Of a DNA stretch of 64,000 bases, positions 52,310 through 64,000 are shown piece by piece. The position numbers were made by a program, and so were the translations under genes. The notes under the pieces are model-generated. The model was not told where the DNA came from, made no database searches, and saw nothing but the letters and a program-made list of their open reading frames with translations. Positions within the stretch are counted from its first letter, which is position 1; the number at the start of each line of letters is the position of its first letter. Source of the DNA: Camelus dromedarius (Eukaryota); contig NC_087436.1 in the NCBI RefSeq assembly GCF_036321535.1, positions 54,748,001 through 54,812,000 of the forward strand, written 5' to 3'.

Positions 52310-55300
52310 TGGCCTTAGATTTATTCCCAGTTATTTCATTCTTTTTAATGCAAATGTAAATGGGATTGACTTCTTAATTACTCTTTCTGATAGTTCATTA
52401 TTAGTGCATAGAAACACAAGAGATTTCTGAACATTAACTTTGTATCCAGGAACTTTAATGAATTTAAGTTTTTTGGTAGTGTCTTTAGGATTTCCTTTTT
52501 TTCTTTCTTTCTTTTTTTTAATATTGTTGACATTGCAGTAAACTTCTTTTAAGGTCTCTGAGAGTTTTAATATAGGATTTTCTATATATAGTATGTCATC
52601 TGCAAACAGTGACAGAGTTTTATTTCTTTTCCTTGTCTGGTAGCTGTGGTTATGATGTCCAATAAAATGTTGAATAAAAGTGGGGATCACAGAGAAAATG
52701 CTTTCAGCTTTTCACTGTTGCATATGATTAGCTGTGCACTTGTCATATATGGCTTTCATTATGTTGAGATATGTCCCTCTATAACCATCTTGTTGAGAGT
52801 TTTTACCATAAATTGATGTTAAATTTTGTCAAAAGTTTCTTCTATATCTATTAAGATTATCCTATGGGTTTTATTCTTCAGTTTCTTAATGTTCTTCAAT
52901 TTCACATTGGTTGATATGCAGATACTGAATTGTCCTTGAATTCCTGGGATAAACACCACTTGATCATAGTCTGATCCTTTTAGTGTATTGTTGACTTTGG
53001 TTTGCTAATATTCTGTTGAGGACTTTTTCATCTCTGTTTCTCAGTAACAATGGCCTGCAATTTTCTTTTTTGTGTTATCCTTCTCTGTTTTTGGTATCAG
53101 AGTGATGCTGGTCATGTTGAATTAGTTCAAAAGTTATTTTTTTCCTCTTCAATTTTTTTCAAATAGTTTGGGAAGGACAGGCATTAACGATTCTCTAAAT
53201 GTCTGACAGAATTAACATGTGAAGCCAAATGATTCAGGACTTTTGTTTGTTGGGAGTTTTTGTTTTTTTTAAATTTCTGATTCAATTTCATTATTGGTAA
53301 TTGTATGTTTAAATTTTTATTTCTTCCTAATTTAATCTTGGGAGTTTGTACATTTCTAGGAATTTATTCATTTACTGGTGTCTAATTGTTCATAGTAATC
53401 TCTTATGATCCTTTCTTTTCCTGTTGTGTCTATTGTAAGTTCTCCTTTATCATTTCTGATTTTACTGATTTGGGCCCTCTGTTTTTCTTAGAGTCTGGCT
53501 AAAGGCTTGTCAATTTTGTTTGTCTTTTCAAAGAACCAGCTCTTAGTATAATTGACTTTTCCATTGTTTCTTAAATCTCTACTTCATTTATTTCTAACCT
53601 GACCTTTTTTATTTCTTTCCTTCTAACTCATTTGTTCCTTTTCTAGTTCCTTTAAGTATAAAGTTAGGTTGTTTATTTGAAATTTTTCTTGTTTCTTGAG
53701 ATAGGCTTTTATCACTATGAACTCTGCTCTTAGAACTGTATTTGCTTCATTTCATAGATTTTAGATTATTCTGTTTCCATTTTCAGTTGTCTCCCTTAGT
53801 TTTTTACTTCCTTTTTGATTTCTTCTGTGACCCATTAGTTGTTTAGTAGCATACTGTTTAGCTGCCATATTTGTGCTTTTTATAGTTTTTTTCTTGTAAT
53901 TTTTTTCTAGTCTTATAGTGTTGTGGTCAGAAAAGATGCTTGATATGATTTCAATCTTCTAAAATTTATTGAGTCTTGTTTTGTGTCCTAGCATGTGATC
54001 TATTCTGGAGAATGTTCAATATGTACATAAAAAGAACACGTATTCTGCTGCTTTTGAATGGAATGCTCTCTCTCTATATATATATATGTGTGTGTGTGCG
54101 TGTGCGTGTGTGTGCGTGCGTGCACGTGTGTTCTGATTCAATGTGTCATTTAAGGCCAGTGTTTTCTTACTGATTTTCCGTCTGGATGATCTGTCCATTG
54201 AGTTAAGTGGATTGTTAAAGTCCTCTACTATTATTATGTTACTGTCAGTTTCTCTTTATGTTAGTTAACTTTTGCTTTATGTATTTAGGTATGTTGAGTG
54301 TGTATATATTCACAATTGTTATACTTTCTTGTTGGATTGATCCCTTTATTATCGTGTAATGTCCTTCTTTGTCTTTTGTTACGATTTTAAACAAATATTT
54401 TGTTTAGTATAAGTACTGCTACTCCAACTTTCTTTTTGTTTCCATTTGCATGGAATACCTTTTTCCAACCTTTTTCTCACTTTCAGTCTGTGTGTGCCTT
54501 TAGATTTAAAGTTAGTCTCTTGTAGGCAGCATATATATTGATCTTGTTTTTTTATCCATTCAGCTACTGTATGTCGTGTGGTTGGAGCATTTAGTCCATT
54601 TCCACTTAAAATAATTTTGATAGGTATAAGTTTACTGCCATTTTGTTAGCTTTTTTCTGGTTATGTCTATAGTCCATTTTTGTTCCTTCTCCTTTTGCTC
54701 TTTTCCTTTGTGATTTGATGACTGTCTTTATTGTTATGCTTGGATTCTTTTCTCTTTTTTGTGTATGATCATAGAATTTTTCTTGTGGTTTCCTAGAGGT
54801 CTGTCTGTCTGTCTGTCTGCCTACCTACCTACCTACCTATCTATTAATGATTATCTTAAGCTGATAAGCTCTTAAGTTTGAATGCATTTTAACAGTTTTA
54901 ACATATTTATTCCACACTTTAATGTTTTCTAAGTCATGTGTTACATCTTTTTGTTCTGTGTATCCCTTAAGTACTTACTGTGGATATAAATAATTTTACT
55001 ACTCTTTCTTTTCTACTAGCTTTATAAATGGTTTATCTATTACATTTACTGTATGTTTGTTTTTACCAGTGAAATTTCTGTTGCCATAATTTTCATATTT
55101 CTAGGTGTGGCCTTTTATTTCCTCTTAGAAAAGTCCCTTTAAAATTTCTTGTTAAACTGGTTTAGTGGTGCTGAAGTCTTTTAGCTTTTACTTGTTTGTA
55201 AAACTCTTTACCTCTCCTTCAAATATGAATGATAACCTGCCAGAGTGTTCTTGGTTGTGTTTTTTCCTTTCCATCACTTTGAATATTTAATGCCTCTCCC

Positions 55301-56385
55301 TTCTGGCCTGCAAAGTTTCTGCTGAAAAGTCAGCTTATAATCTTATGGGAATTCTGTTGTATGTAACCAATTAATTTTCTCTTTTGTTTTTTAAGATTTT
55401 TTTAACTTTTGCCATTTTAATTATAATGTATCTTGGTATGGACCTCTTTGGGTTTATTTAGTTTGGGACTCTTGTGCTTCTTAGCCCTGGATGTCTATTT
55501 CCTACCCCAGGTTAGGAAATTTTTCAGCTATTATTTTTTAAAATAAGTTCTCTGCTTCTTTCTCTCTCACTTGTCCTTCTGGGATCCTTCTAATGTAAAT
55601 GTTAGTATGCTTGATGTTGTCCCAGAGGTCTCTTGAACTGTCTTCATTTCTTTTTATTCTTTTTTCTGTTCAGCTTGGTTGATCTCCACTAAGAAAAATG
55701 CCTTCTAGATTTCTAATCTGTTCCTCTGTGTCATGTAATCTGCTGTTGATTCCTTTTAGTATATTTTAAATTTCTGTTATTATAGTCTTCAGCTTTGTTT
55801 GGTTCTTCTTTATATTTACTGACTCTATGGATATTCTCACTGTGTTCATCTATTCTTCTCTCAAGTTTGTTGAGCATCTCTATGATTATTACCTCAAATC
55901 CTTTGGGGGAGATGGTTTATCTTCATTTCACTTAGTTCTTTTTCTGAGGTTATGTCTTGTTCCTTCTTTGTAACATTCCTCTGTCTCTTCGTTTTGCCCA
56001 ATTCTCTGTGTTTATTTCTATGTGTTAGGTAGGTTCATTATGTATCCTGATCTTGGATAAGGGGCTCTATGTAAGTAACATTCTATGGGGCCCAGCAGTG
56101 CACTCCCCTTTGGTCACCAGAGCTATAAGCCCTAGAGGGCCCCTGCATGGGTTCTTCTGCTTTGGTAGGAATTACTACTGTGGGCACATTGAGAGGTGGG
56201 GTTGGCTCCCAGCCTGGTTGCTTTAGAGGCTGTGCCTTGTGCTGTAGCTGTAGGCATGCTGGAGGGTGAAGCAGACTTGTTGGTGATTGGCTGCATAGCC
56301 CAGAGGGGCATGGGGCTGCTGCCAGCCTGTTGGTGGGTGGGCTGGGTCCTTGTGTGGTTGTCTGTTTGTCCTGGGGAATCCTACG
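52310..56385 (-). mobile_element. Old L1 retaining 5'UTR, ORF1 and 5' half of ORF2; 3' end missing
   Basis: RT core LSLFADD.LYIENP in ORF 52331-52690; endonuclease-region sequence at about 53900-54600; ORF1-like gcctgcaaagtttctgctgaaaagtcagct at about 55310; GC-richer 5' region at 56080-56385. Confidence 0.9.
52497..52572 (-). other. 76-bp poly(A)-tailed retro-insertion nested in L1
   Basis: Interrupts the L1 RT frame. TSD taggatttcct 52486-52496 / taggattttct 52573-52583. T-rich tail on the plus strand followed by about 50 nt of non-L1 sequence. Confidence 0.75.
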
Positions 56386-56824
56386 TTTATTTTGATTACA
56401 GGATTCCCTAATGTTTTTAATGGTGTTTAAATTTTAATTTATCTTTGTCTCCTGGGACTACAGACACTTTGAATATAAGATCCATATTTTGGGTATTGTC
56501 TCTCTAGAACCTAGCATTGTAGTCTCTTAATAAACAATTGTTGAAGAATAAATTGCATGATTAAATAAATAGATAAATGGTATTTAATTTAAATAGTAGG
56601 GGATTTGAATCTAATTTGTGTTCCTCAGTGCATAACACTGCTAGTGCTACTCCAGAAGAATTACTTCATACAGACAAATCAGGTAATATACTAAAAATTT
56701 TTCCTTTTCTTTTATGGCCTGAATTAAGTCAAATAATTGACTAGTGTCCCAGAGAATATTCTGTATTTTTCAACAGACTGTATGTATATACGACTTCTTT
56801 TGTGTGAAAAATGTCCTCATTTTA

Positions 56825-57095
56825 TTCATAATAGCTAACATCTATTTAACAGGTATTGTACACATTCTAGGCAGTGTTCCAAGTGATTTGCATGTATTAT
56901 TTAATGTAATTATCACAACAAAGCTATATAGGAGATATTGCTACTGTTATTTTGTGCATGAGGAAAATGGGACACTGAGAGGTTAAGTAACCTGCGCAAA
57001 GTCACACATCTAGTAAGGGCCAGAATTAGGACTTGAATATGGGCATGCTGTCTCCAGAGTCTGTGCTTTTATCTCCTATACCATATTACCTCTAG
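56825..57095 (-). mobile_element. MIR SINE, near full length
   Basis: ataatagctaacatctatt...atgaggaaaatgggacactgagaggttaagtaacctgcgcaaagtcacacatctagtaag...ctccagagtctgtgct. Confidence 0.9.
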
Positions 57096-58814
57096 GTCTC
57101 TAATAGAACACAGAATAACTAGAAGACTTATTTTTTAACCATTTATGGCTCAAGAGAGAGCCCAGAAAACCTGCAGAGTATTAGCTAAAATCAGCGTGTG
57201 TTTTCCTCAAAATGATACTTGGTAGTTTCCCTCTGTAATTACATATGCTCCAAATATTTCCATAGCTTCTAGAGTACAGTCTGAATACAAGAACCAAAAG
57301 GAATTTGTGTGGGACCAGAGTAAATGAGTAGAACTCACGTGAAAATAAAAAGAAGGAATTTGGAAAAAAATTAAATGGCTCTTTGGGTCACATACAAATT
57401 CCTTTACACTCCAGGCATTGCTAAATTCTGTATGAAGAGCTACTGGACTCTAATTTCTACTTTAGATAATATTTATTAAAGACACTTTTATACTCTTAAC
57501 AGAGCAATTATCATTTACTACATATATCAAGGCCACTGTTTCAAAGCTATTTTTCAGTCTATACAAAAGAGATAGAAGGAGTGGTTGAGTGATATCTTTT
57601 CTCTTTGGAATGGAATGATTACCTGTTTACAATTCTGGATGTCAGTTATATGCAAATATTATATAATAGTAATAATAAGTTTGGCAATGAGAAGCAGTAA
57701 CTAGAACTAATTGTTATTCCAATTACTTAGCTGTTCTGCAAATACCAGAATAGTCAAAGAGGTCTTTTTTCTACTTCTAATTAATTAATTCATATATTCA
57801 CTTACAGACATTTTCTGGGACCTTGGTATATATTAGGAATTCTTTGTAGTCATGTGGTTCACAAGACAGGTATAAATACCCTCATAGAGCTTTCATTCTG
57901 GTAGAAAATATAGATGCTAAAAAATACTTAAGGAAACATATAGTAAGTTAGATAAAGTTTTATGGAGAAAAATAAGCAAAGAAAGAGGAAAGAAAATGCT
58001 AGTGGGAGGCATAGCAATTTTTAAAAGGTTAATCAGAGAAGGCATATGGGTAAAGACTTCAAGGACAAAGCCAGCAACATGAGTATATGGAAAAAGAACT
58101 CTCTAGTCAAAGCAAAGAGAAAATTGTATTTTTGTTGTATTAGTGAAACAAGGGTGCTCATATGCCTGTATCTGAAAGAGTAGGGGAAAGGGCAACAGGA
58201 GATGAATTAAAGAAGTATGGACATTTAGGTCTAAGACGTTTTACCAGGAGTGATATAGCATATCATTGGAAGATTTCAAGTAGCTGAGATCACCTGATAT
58301 ATTTAAACAGGATTACCCTGGTTGCTATGTTGGAAAGTAGGAAAGGGGGAGACAGGGAGATTAGTTGGAAAGTTAGAACATTAATACAAGCAAGAAATGA
58401 TAGTGTTTGATCCTGGGATGGTGAGAAATGTTCAGAGTCTGGAAATACTTTGATGGTAAAGCCAATGAGAGTGAATGTAGATTATGAGAGTAAAATCAAA
58501 TCAAGAATGGCTCAAGTTTTTTTGGACTCTATGATTGGAATTATAACATTTGTTATTAACGGAAATGAGGAAGAATGGAAAATGAGGGATTTTTTTGTGT
58601 GTATGTGTGAAGATCAGGAGCTTGATTTTGGATGTATTAAGTCTGAGACAAGTATTAAGCACTCAAGTAGAAATATCAAGTAGGTAGTTGTGCTTAAAAG
58701 TATAATTTTAGAGAAGAGATCTGTCCTTGTAATATAAATTGGGAGACATCATCATATAAATGATATGTAATAACATGAAACAGGAGGGAAACATCAAGGG
58801 AGTGGAGATACAGA

Positions 58815-59089
58815 CCTGTACTATCTAATATGATAGCCACAAGCACATGTGGCTATTGGACACTTGAAATATAGCTATCCTCAACTGAGATGTGCTGTTA
58901 AGTGTGAAAAATACACCAAATTTTCAAAGACTAAGTATGCCCAAAAGAATGTAAAATAGTTTACTAATATTGCTATATTGTTAAATAGTAAGACAATATC
59001 TAGAAACATTCAAGTAAAAATATTACTAAAAAATTTCAGCTGTTTCTTTTGCAGCTCATATTTTTAGCTTATATTTCTGTTAGGCATTG
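58815..59089. mobile_element. MER3/MER33-like hAT-Charlie MITE
   Basis: tagccacaagcacatgtggctattggacacttgaaat...aactgagatgtgctgt.aagtgtg..aaatacacc. Confidence 0.8.
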
Positions 59090-59330
59090 TAGATATAGAG
59101 GAAATGAAGTCCAAAGATTGAGCTCTGGGAAATTCCTAGATTAATATGCTTGGAAGATGAGAGGGGATCAAAACATAGATTGGGATAGGGTAGCTAGTGA
59201 TATGGAACAAATACCAGGATATGGTTAATTCCAAGAAAATACCTCAAGGAGGAAGGAACAGACATGGAGTTTGACTTACCATGTCCAATTTTTAATTGAC
59301 TGTGATACTTCAAATAAAACTAGGGTTGAG

Positions 59331-59455
59331 GGGAGGGATAAATTTGGGATTTGGAATTAAGAGATTCACACTACCATATATAAAATAGATAAACAATAAG
59401 GATCTATTCTATAGTACAGGGAACTATATGCAATATCTTATAATAACCTATTTTA
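59331..59455 (+). mobile_element. 125-bp L1 3'UTR fragment with perfect TSD
   Basis: TSD aaaactagggttgag at 59316-59330 and 59456-59470; body homologous to about 63385-63502 of the larger L1. Confidence 0.9.
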
Positions 59456-60769
59456 AAAACTAGGGTTGAGAATTGAGAATTGGATTAGCAACAAAAGATG
59501 ACTGGTTCTTGGGCAAGAGTAGTTTCTTTGGAGATTTAGGGTGAAAGCCTAATTCAATGTTTACAAGAAAGAATTTGAGGAGACAGACTGAAGGAAATTA
59601 ATATAGAAAGCTCTTCTGAAGTGTATTATGGTAAAAAAAAAAAAAAAAGGAGGCAGTCAATGAAATGGTAGCTGGAGAGGGCAGTATAATGGGGTTGAGA
59701 GACATCTTTTAAGGAAGAGAAATATAGCACCATGTTTCCATGCTGACATGAATGATTCATTAATGAGGAAATAAATGCTCATGTCAGAGAACTGTTTGGT
59801 GATTTCTTGATTAGTCTACAGGAGTTGGAATCTAGACCAAAATGTAGGTGAATGTGAGCAGCTGACTTGCTCACAGAATACTTAAAATCTAGAAGGGGGT
59901 GGGACACAATGTGTCTGCATGGAGAAGACCTGTTACTTAAGAATACAAACAGGTGGGAGTAAGAGTTGGAGGTTCTCCCTTTAAAAATGCGAAGAGATAT
60001 GGAAGGTAGGTAGTTAAATAATCTAAAAAAATGCAGAGCTTTTATATGACAATCTGCCTTAAATTCATAAAAAATAAAAATTGTATTATTGGGGTATTAC
60101 AAACCAGTGTGCTCCCCAATATTATTTACTTTATTTGAACAAATGGTGAACTGTGAGGGACAGAAGGATTAAAGAGAACAACAGTTTCATTTCATCAGTG
60201 ATACTTTGGATTTTCTTTGCTTTCCTTTCATGAACATACTTTGAAGACTTTGTTTTCACTCTTCATTGAGTTACATTAAGTAATTAATAATGAACATATC
60301 TTGACATTGAAACCAACACAGAAACCATGATTGCTTGAAGATGAAGGAAAAAGAATAGCTGCTTTGTGAAATAAAAACTCTTAATTTTTGAATAAATAAA
60401 TGGGGTCCAAGTTTTGCTTCTTCAATGTCCATTCAATAATTAAGACTCCGAAGCACTCCATATTTCTGAATACTTGCTTTTAAGAAACAGTGTAATTATA
60501 ATACATAATTTCTACTACTTAATTAATTTTAAATTCAACATTTCTTATTGAATACTATGTGCTAAGTTCTGTGATACAAAAGTGGATGAAGAAATTTTTC
60601 CTGCCTTTGAGTATCACATACATAAGAAGAAAAGTCACTCCTATAGACAAATAATACAATAACAGTAACATTGAGCATCTATTACTATTGGAGTACAGTC
60701 TCACAACAACTATGCTTACTATTTGATAGGTATCAAATTTAATCACTAAGAAAACATATTGTAATTTGT

Positions 60770-61235
60770 AACTTAGCTTTGCTGAGTCCTCTAACTCTGG
60801 TCCCTCACACTCTACAATTAACTGTCAGCCAGAAGCACAGTCATCTCTAGGCTCTACTGGAGGTGAAGTCACCTCCAGACTCATTCATGTGGTCACTGGC
60901 AGGAATCAGTTCCTCTTGGGTTGTTGGACTGAAAGAATTAGCTCCTCTTGAGGTGTTGGCCAGAGGCTTGCCTCAGTTGACACATGAGCCTCTCCATGGA
61001 GAATTTCACAACATGGCAGCTTTCTTTAAAGTGGAGGAAGTGAGAGAACGAGAGGCCTAACAAGATGGAAGACAGAGTTGTTTTGTAACTCAGACTTGGG
61101 TGTAACATTTCATACCTTTGGCTGTATTCTATTCATTAGAAGTATTTCAGGTGAAATTCAAAGAGAAAGGATTACACAAAGACATGCATATTAGAACTCA
61201 GGCATCATTGGGAGCTACTTACAAACACTCTACCA
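60770..61235 (-). mobile_element. MaLR LTR (MLT1E/F-like) inside L2
   Basis: ctcattcatgtggtcactggcaggaatcagttcctc..ggttgttggactga...acatgagcctctcca...tcacaacatggcagct. Confidence 0.8.
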
Positions 61236-62068
61236 TAAAGTGTATTAAAAAATACAATGGTGGCTCAGAGGAAAAGTTGTTAAATCTGTTGGAGTGGGGG
61301 CAAAAGTTGAAAAGAAGCAATATGTCCCTGAAATGTAGGTTGAAAATCTTGCAGAAGTTAGGAAGTTATTTTGTTTTATGAGTTTATTTATTTATTTACA
61401 TAGGGGAGGTGTGGTGAAAACAAAGGGGGAAGGGAAAGGCATACCTAGAAGCTGTAATAATATGGGAAAATATTGATTCATAAAACTTTGGAGGCAAGTT
61501 GGAGATGAAATTGTAGCACCGCAGAAGTAAAATTGGAGAAGGCAATGAACCAATTTGAATAGTTAATGAAAAATAATTAACAGTGTTCTCAGAAGAAAAA
61601 TGAGCATAAATATAACATTTGTTATTTTTCTGAAATTATCCATGTTTTCAAGTTAAAAACAAAGAAAAACCTCCATGGTAATTAGGCCCAGGGAAAATAT
61701 TGAATGACATTCTTACAAAGAAATTGGAATTTTATACTACAAGGCAATGGTGCATTTCAGAAGAAGTTTTAAAGAGGAGGAGTTGATGGCATTCACTAAC
61801 AATGAGTGTAATGTTAGTACCTCATTAGCGGAAAAGAGCCATGTTACAAAGCTATTGTAGTAACCTAGGTAACAAAGAGATCTGACTAGGGCAATGATGT
61901 TAGGTAGAGAGAATGACTTATCTCTAGGAGATACAATCAACTGCATTTGTTGACTAACTTGAAATCTGAGTGATATAGAAAGGATAGGAGAATTTTAGAT
62001 TTCTAGTTTTAGAAAATGGATGATGTAAAAGGAAAATAAAAATGGAGTAGGTATTGTTAAGAATGCCC

Positions 62069-63622
62069 AAAAAAAGAACAAAGATTGAGAAATAACCCTC
62101 CCAGACTTCGGACAATACTACAGAGCTACAGTAATCAAAACTATGTGATATTGGCACAAAAACAGATATACGGATCAATGGAATAGAATAGAGAGCCCTT
62201 AAATAAATCCACACACAGTCAATTAGTCTTTGACAGAAGAGGCAAGAATATACAATGGAGAAAAGACAGTCTTTTCAGCAAGTGGTGTTGGGAAAACTGT
62301 ACAGCTGCATGTCAATCAATGAAGTTGGAACACTCCCTCACACCTTACACAAAAATAAACTCAAAATGGCATAATGACTTAAACATAAGACAAGATACAA
62401 TGAATCTCCTAGAAGAATACATAGGCAAAACATTTTCTGACATATTCTTAGCAATGTTCTCCTAGGGAAGTCTACCCAGGCCAAAGAAATAAAAGAAAAA
62501 ATAAACAAATGGGGCCTAATTAAATTTATAAGTTTTTGCACAGCAAAAGAAACTATAAACAACAAAAATGACAACCTACAGAATGGGAAAAAATTTTGCA
62601 AATGATGCAACTTACAAGGGCTTAATCTCCATAATATACAAACAGCTCATACAACTTAATAACAAAAAACAAATAATTCAATCCAAAAATGGGCAGAAGA
62701 CCTAAACAAGCAATTCTCCAATGAAGACATACAGATGGCCAATAGGTACATGAAAAATGTTCAATATCACTAATTATTAGAGAAGTACAAATCAAAACTA
62801 CAATGAGGTATCACCTCACACCAGTCAGAACGGCCATCATTAAAAAATCCACAAATGATAAATGCCAGAGAGGGTGAGGAGAAAAGGGAAACCTCCTACA
62901 TTGTTGGTGGGAATGTAGTTTCGTGCAGCCATTATGGATAAATGTATGAAGATTCACCAAAAAACTAAAAATAGATTTACCATATGATCCAGCAATCCCA
63001 CTCCTTGGCATTATCTGGAGGAAACTCTAATTTGAAAAGACACATGCACCACAATGTTCACAGGAGCACTATTTACAATAGCTAACACATGGAAACAACT
63101 TAAATGTCCATCGACAGATGACTGGATACAGCAGCTGTGGTATATTTATGCACCGAAATACTACTCAGCCATAAAAAATAATAAAACAATGCCATTTGCT
63201 GCAACATGGATGGACCTGGAGAACATCATTCTGAGTGAAGTAAGCCAGAAAGAGAAAGAAAAATACGATATGATATCACTTATATGTGGAATCTAAAAAA
63301 AGACATAAATGAACTTATTTACAAAACAGAGACTCACAGACATAGAAAACAAACTTATGGTTACAGAGGGGGAAGGGGGACAGAAGGCATAAATTGTGAG
63401 ATTGAGATTTGCAGATACTGACTGCTATACATAAAATAGATAAACAACAAGCTTATACTGTATAGCACAGGGAATTATATTCAATATCTTATTGTAACCT
63501 ATAATGAAAAATAATATGAAAAGGAATTTCTGTGTGTATATGCATGACTGAAACTTTATGCTGGACACCAGAAATTGATACATTGTAAGCTGACTATACT
63601 TTAAGTAAAAAATTTTTTAAAA
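62069..63622 (+). mobile_element. 5'-truncated young L1 (ORF2 C-terminus and 3'UTR)
   Basis: ORF 63054-63296 MFTGALFTIANTWKQLKCPS..FAATWMDLENIILSEVSQ is a classic L1 3' peptide. TSD aagaatgc at 62059-62066 / 63623-63630 at a TT/AAGA endonuclease site. Confidence 0.95.
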
Positions 63623-63632
63623 AAGAATGCTC

Positions 63633-64000
63633 TGTAAAGGGGAGCTGGGAGGCCATTAGGGAAGTGTGACTGATGTATGTTTCAGCCCAGATGGAATTTA
63701 ATCTTTCGACCACTTATTGTCTTAACACAGGCATCTAGAATATCTCCCAGAAACTCAAGACACTTACCCTAAAAATAACTCATGAAGCTTACTCCTTAAG
63801 GACAAGTATTTCCTTTCCTGAGTCACAGTCAATCACAATTCTTGCTAGACAACTTCAACAATCTTGTGACTTTTGCCTTTATAATTCCTTCAATCTTTCT
63901 CTTCCCCAGAATATTTTTTTTGGTTTTATCCAAATCTGTGTCTCCTGATTGCAATTGCAAAGACTCCAAATAAACTACTTTATTTTTCGCAGCTTTGACA
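63633..64000 (+). mobile_element. ERV1-class solo LTR (MER34/MER89-like, tentative)
   Basis: Starts tgtaaagggg; TATA-like ctttataa; aatctgtgtctcctgattgcaatt...ccaaataaa; ends ...ttgaca at the window edge. Confidence 0.65.

Larger units (their letters stand above)
57780..59900 (-). mobile_element. Long L2 fragment interrupted by MER3/33 and an L1 piece
   Basis: ccctcatagagctttcattctgg; tttaaacaggattaccctggttgctatgt; gaagatcaggagcttgattttggatgtattaagtctgaga; ttggattagcaaca. Confidence 0.8.

Noticed and set aside
63054..63296. 80-aa ORF resembling hypothetical proteins
   Set aside because: L1 3' region translation, not a host gene.

Overview
This is AT-rich, CpG-depleted mammalian nuclear DNA that looks like a gene-poor intergenic or deep-intronic region. 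I could not recognise any intact protein-coding gene, RNA gene or prokaryote-type system. The supplied ORFs are either decayed transposon fragments or chance ORFs. Much of the window is interspersed repeat: a near-full-length Tigger1 with a nested L1, an internally deleted ERVL/HERV16-type provirus with two LTR16-type LTRs, several MaLR (MLT1) and ERV1-type solo LTRs, hAT MITEs (MER58A, MER3/33), many L2/MIR/CR1 fossils and five L1 pieces. The young L1 3' ends look artiodactyl-like and I saw no Alu/B1/Bov-tA/PRE-1/CHR/Can-SINE copies, which suggests a cetartiodactyl, possibly a camelid (inference). The most notable non-standard signals are two short, near-identical non-tandem duplications (117 bp and about 90 bp), a 76-bp poly(A)-tailed non-TE retro-insertion nested in an L1, and a TE-free, CpG-retaining block at about 14.3-15.4 kb with a possible terminal exon. 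I did not find a convincing new biological system. Repeat family names come from remembered consensus features rather than a database search, and boundaries of old repeats are approximate.
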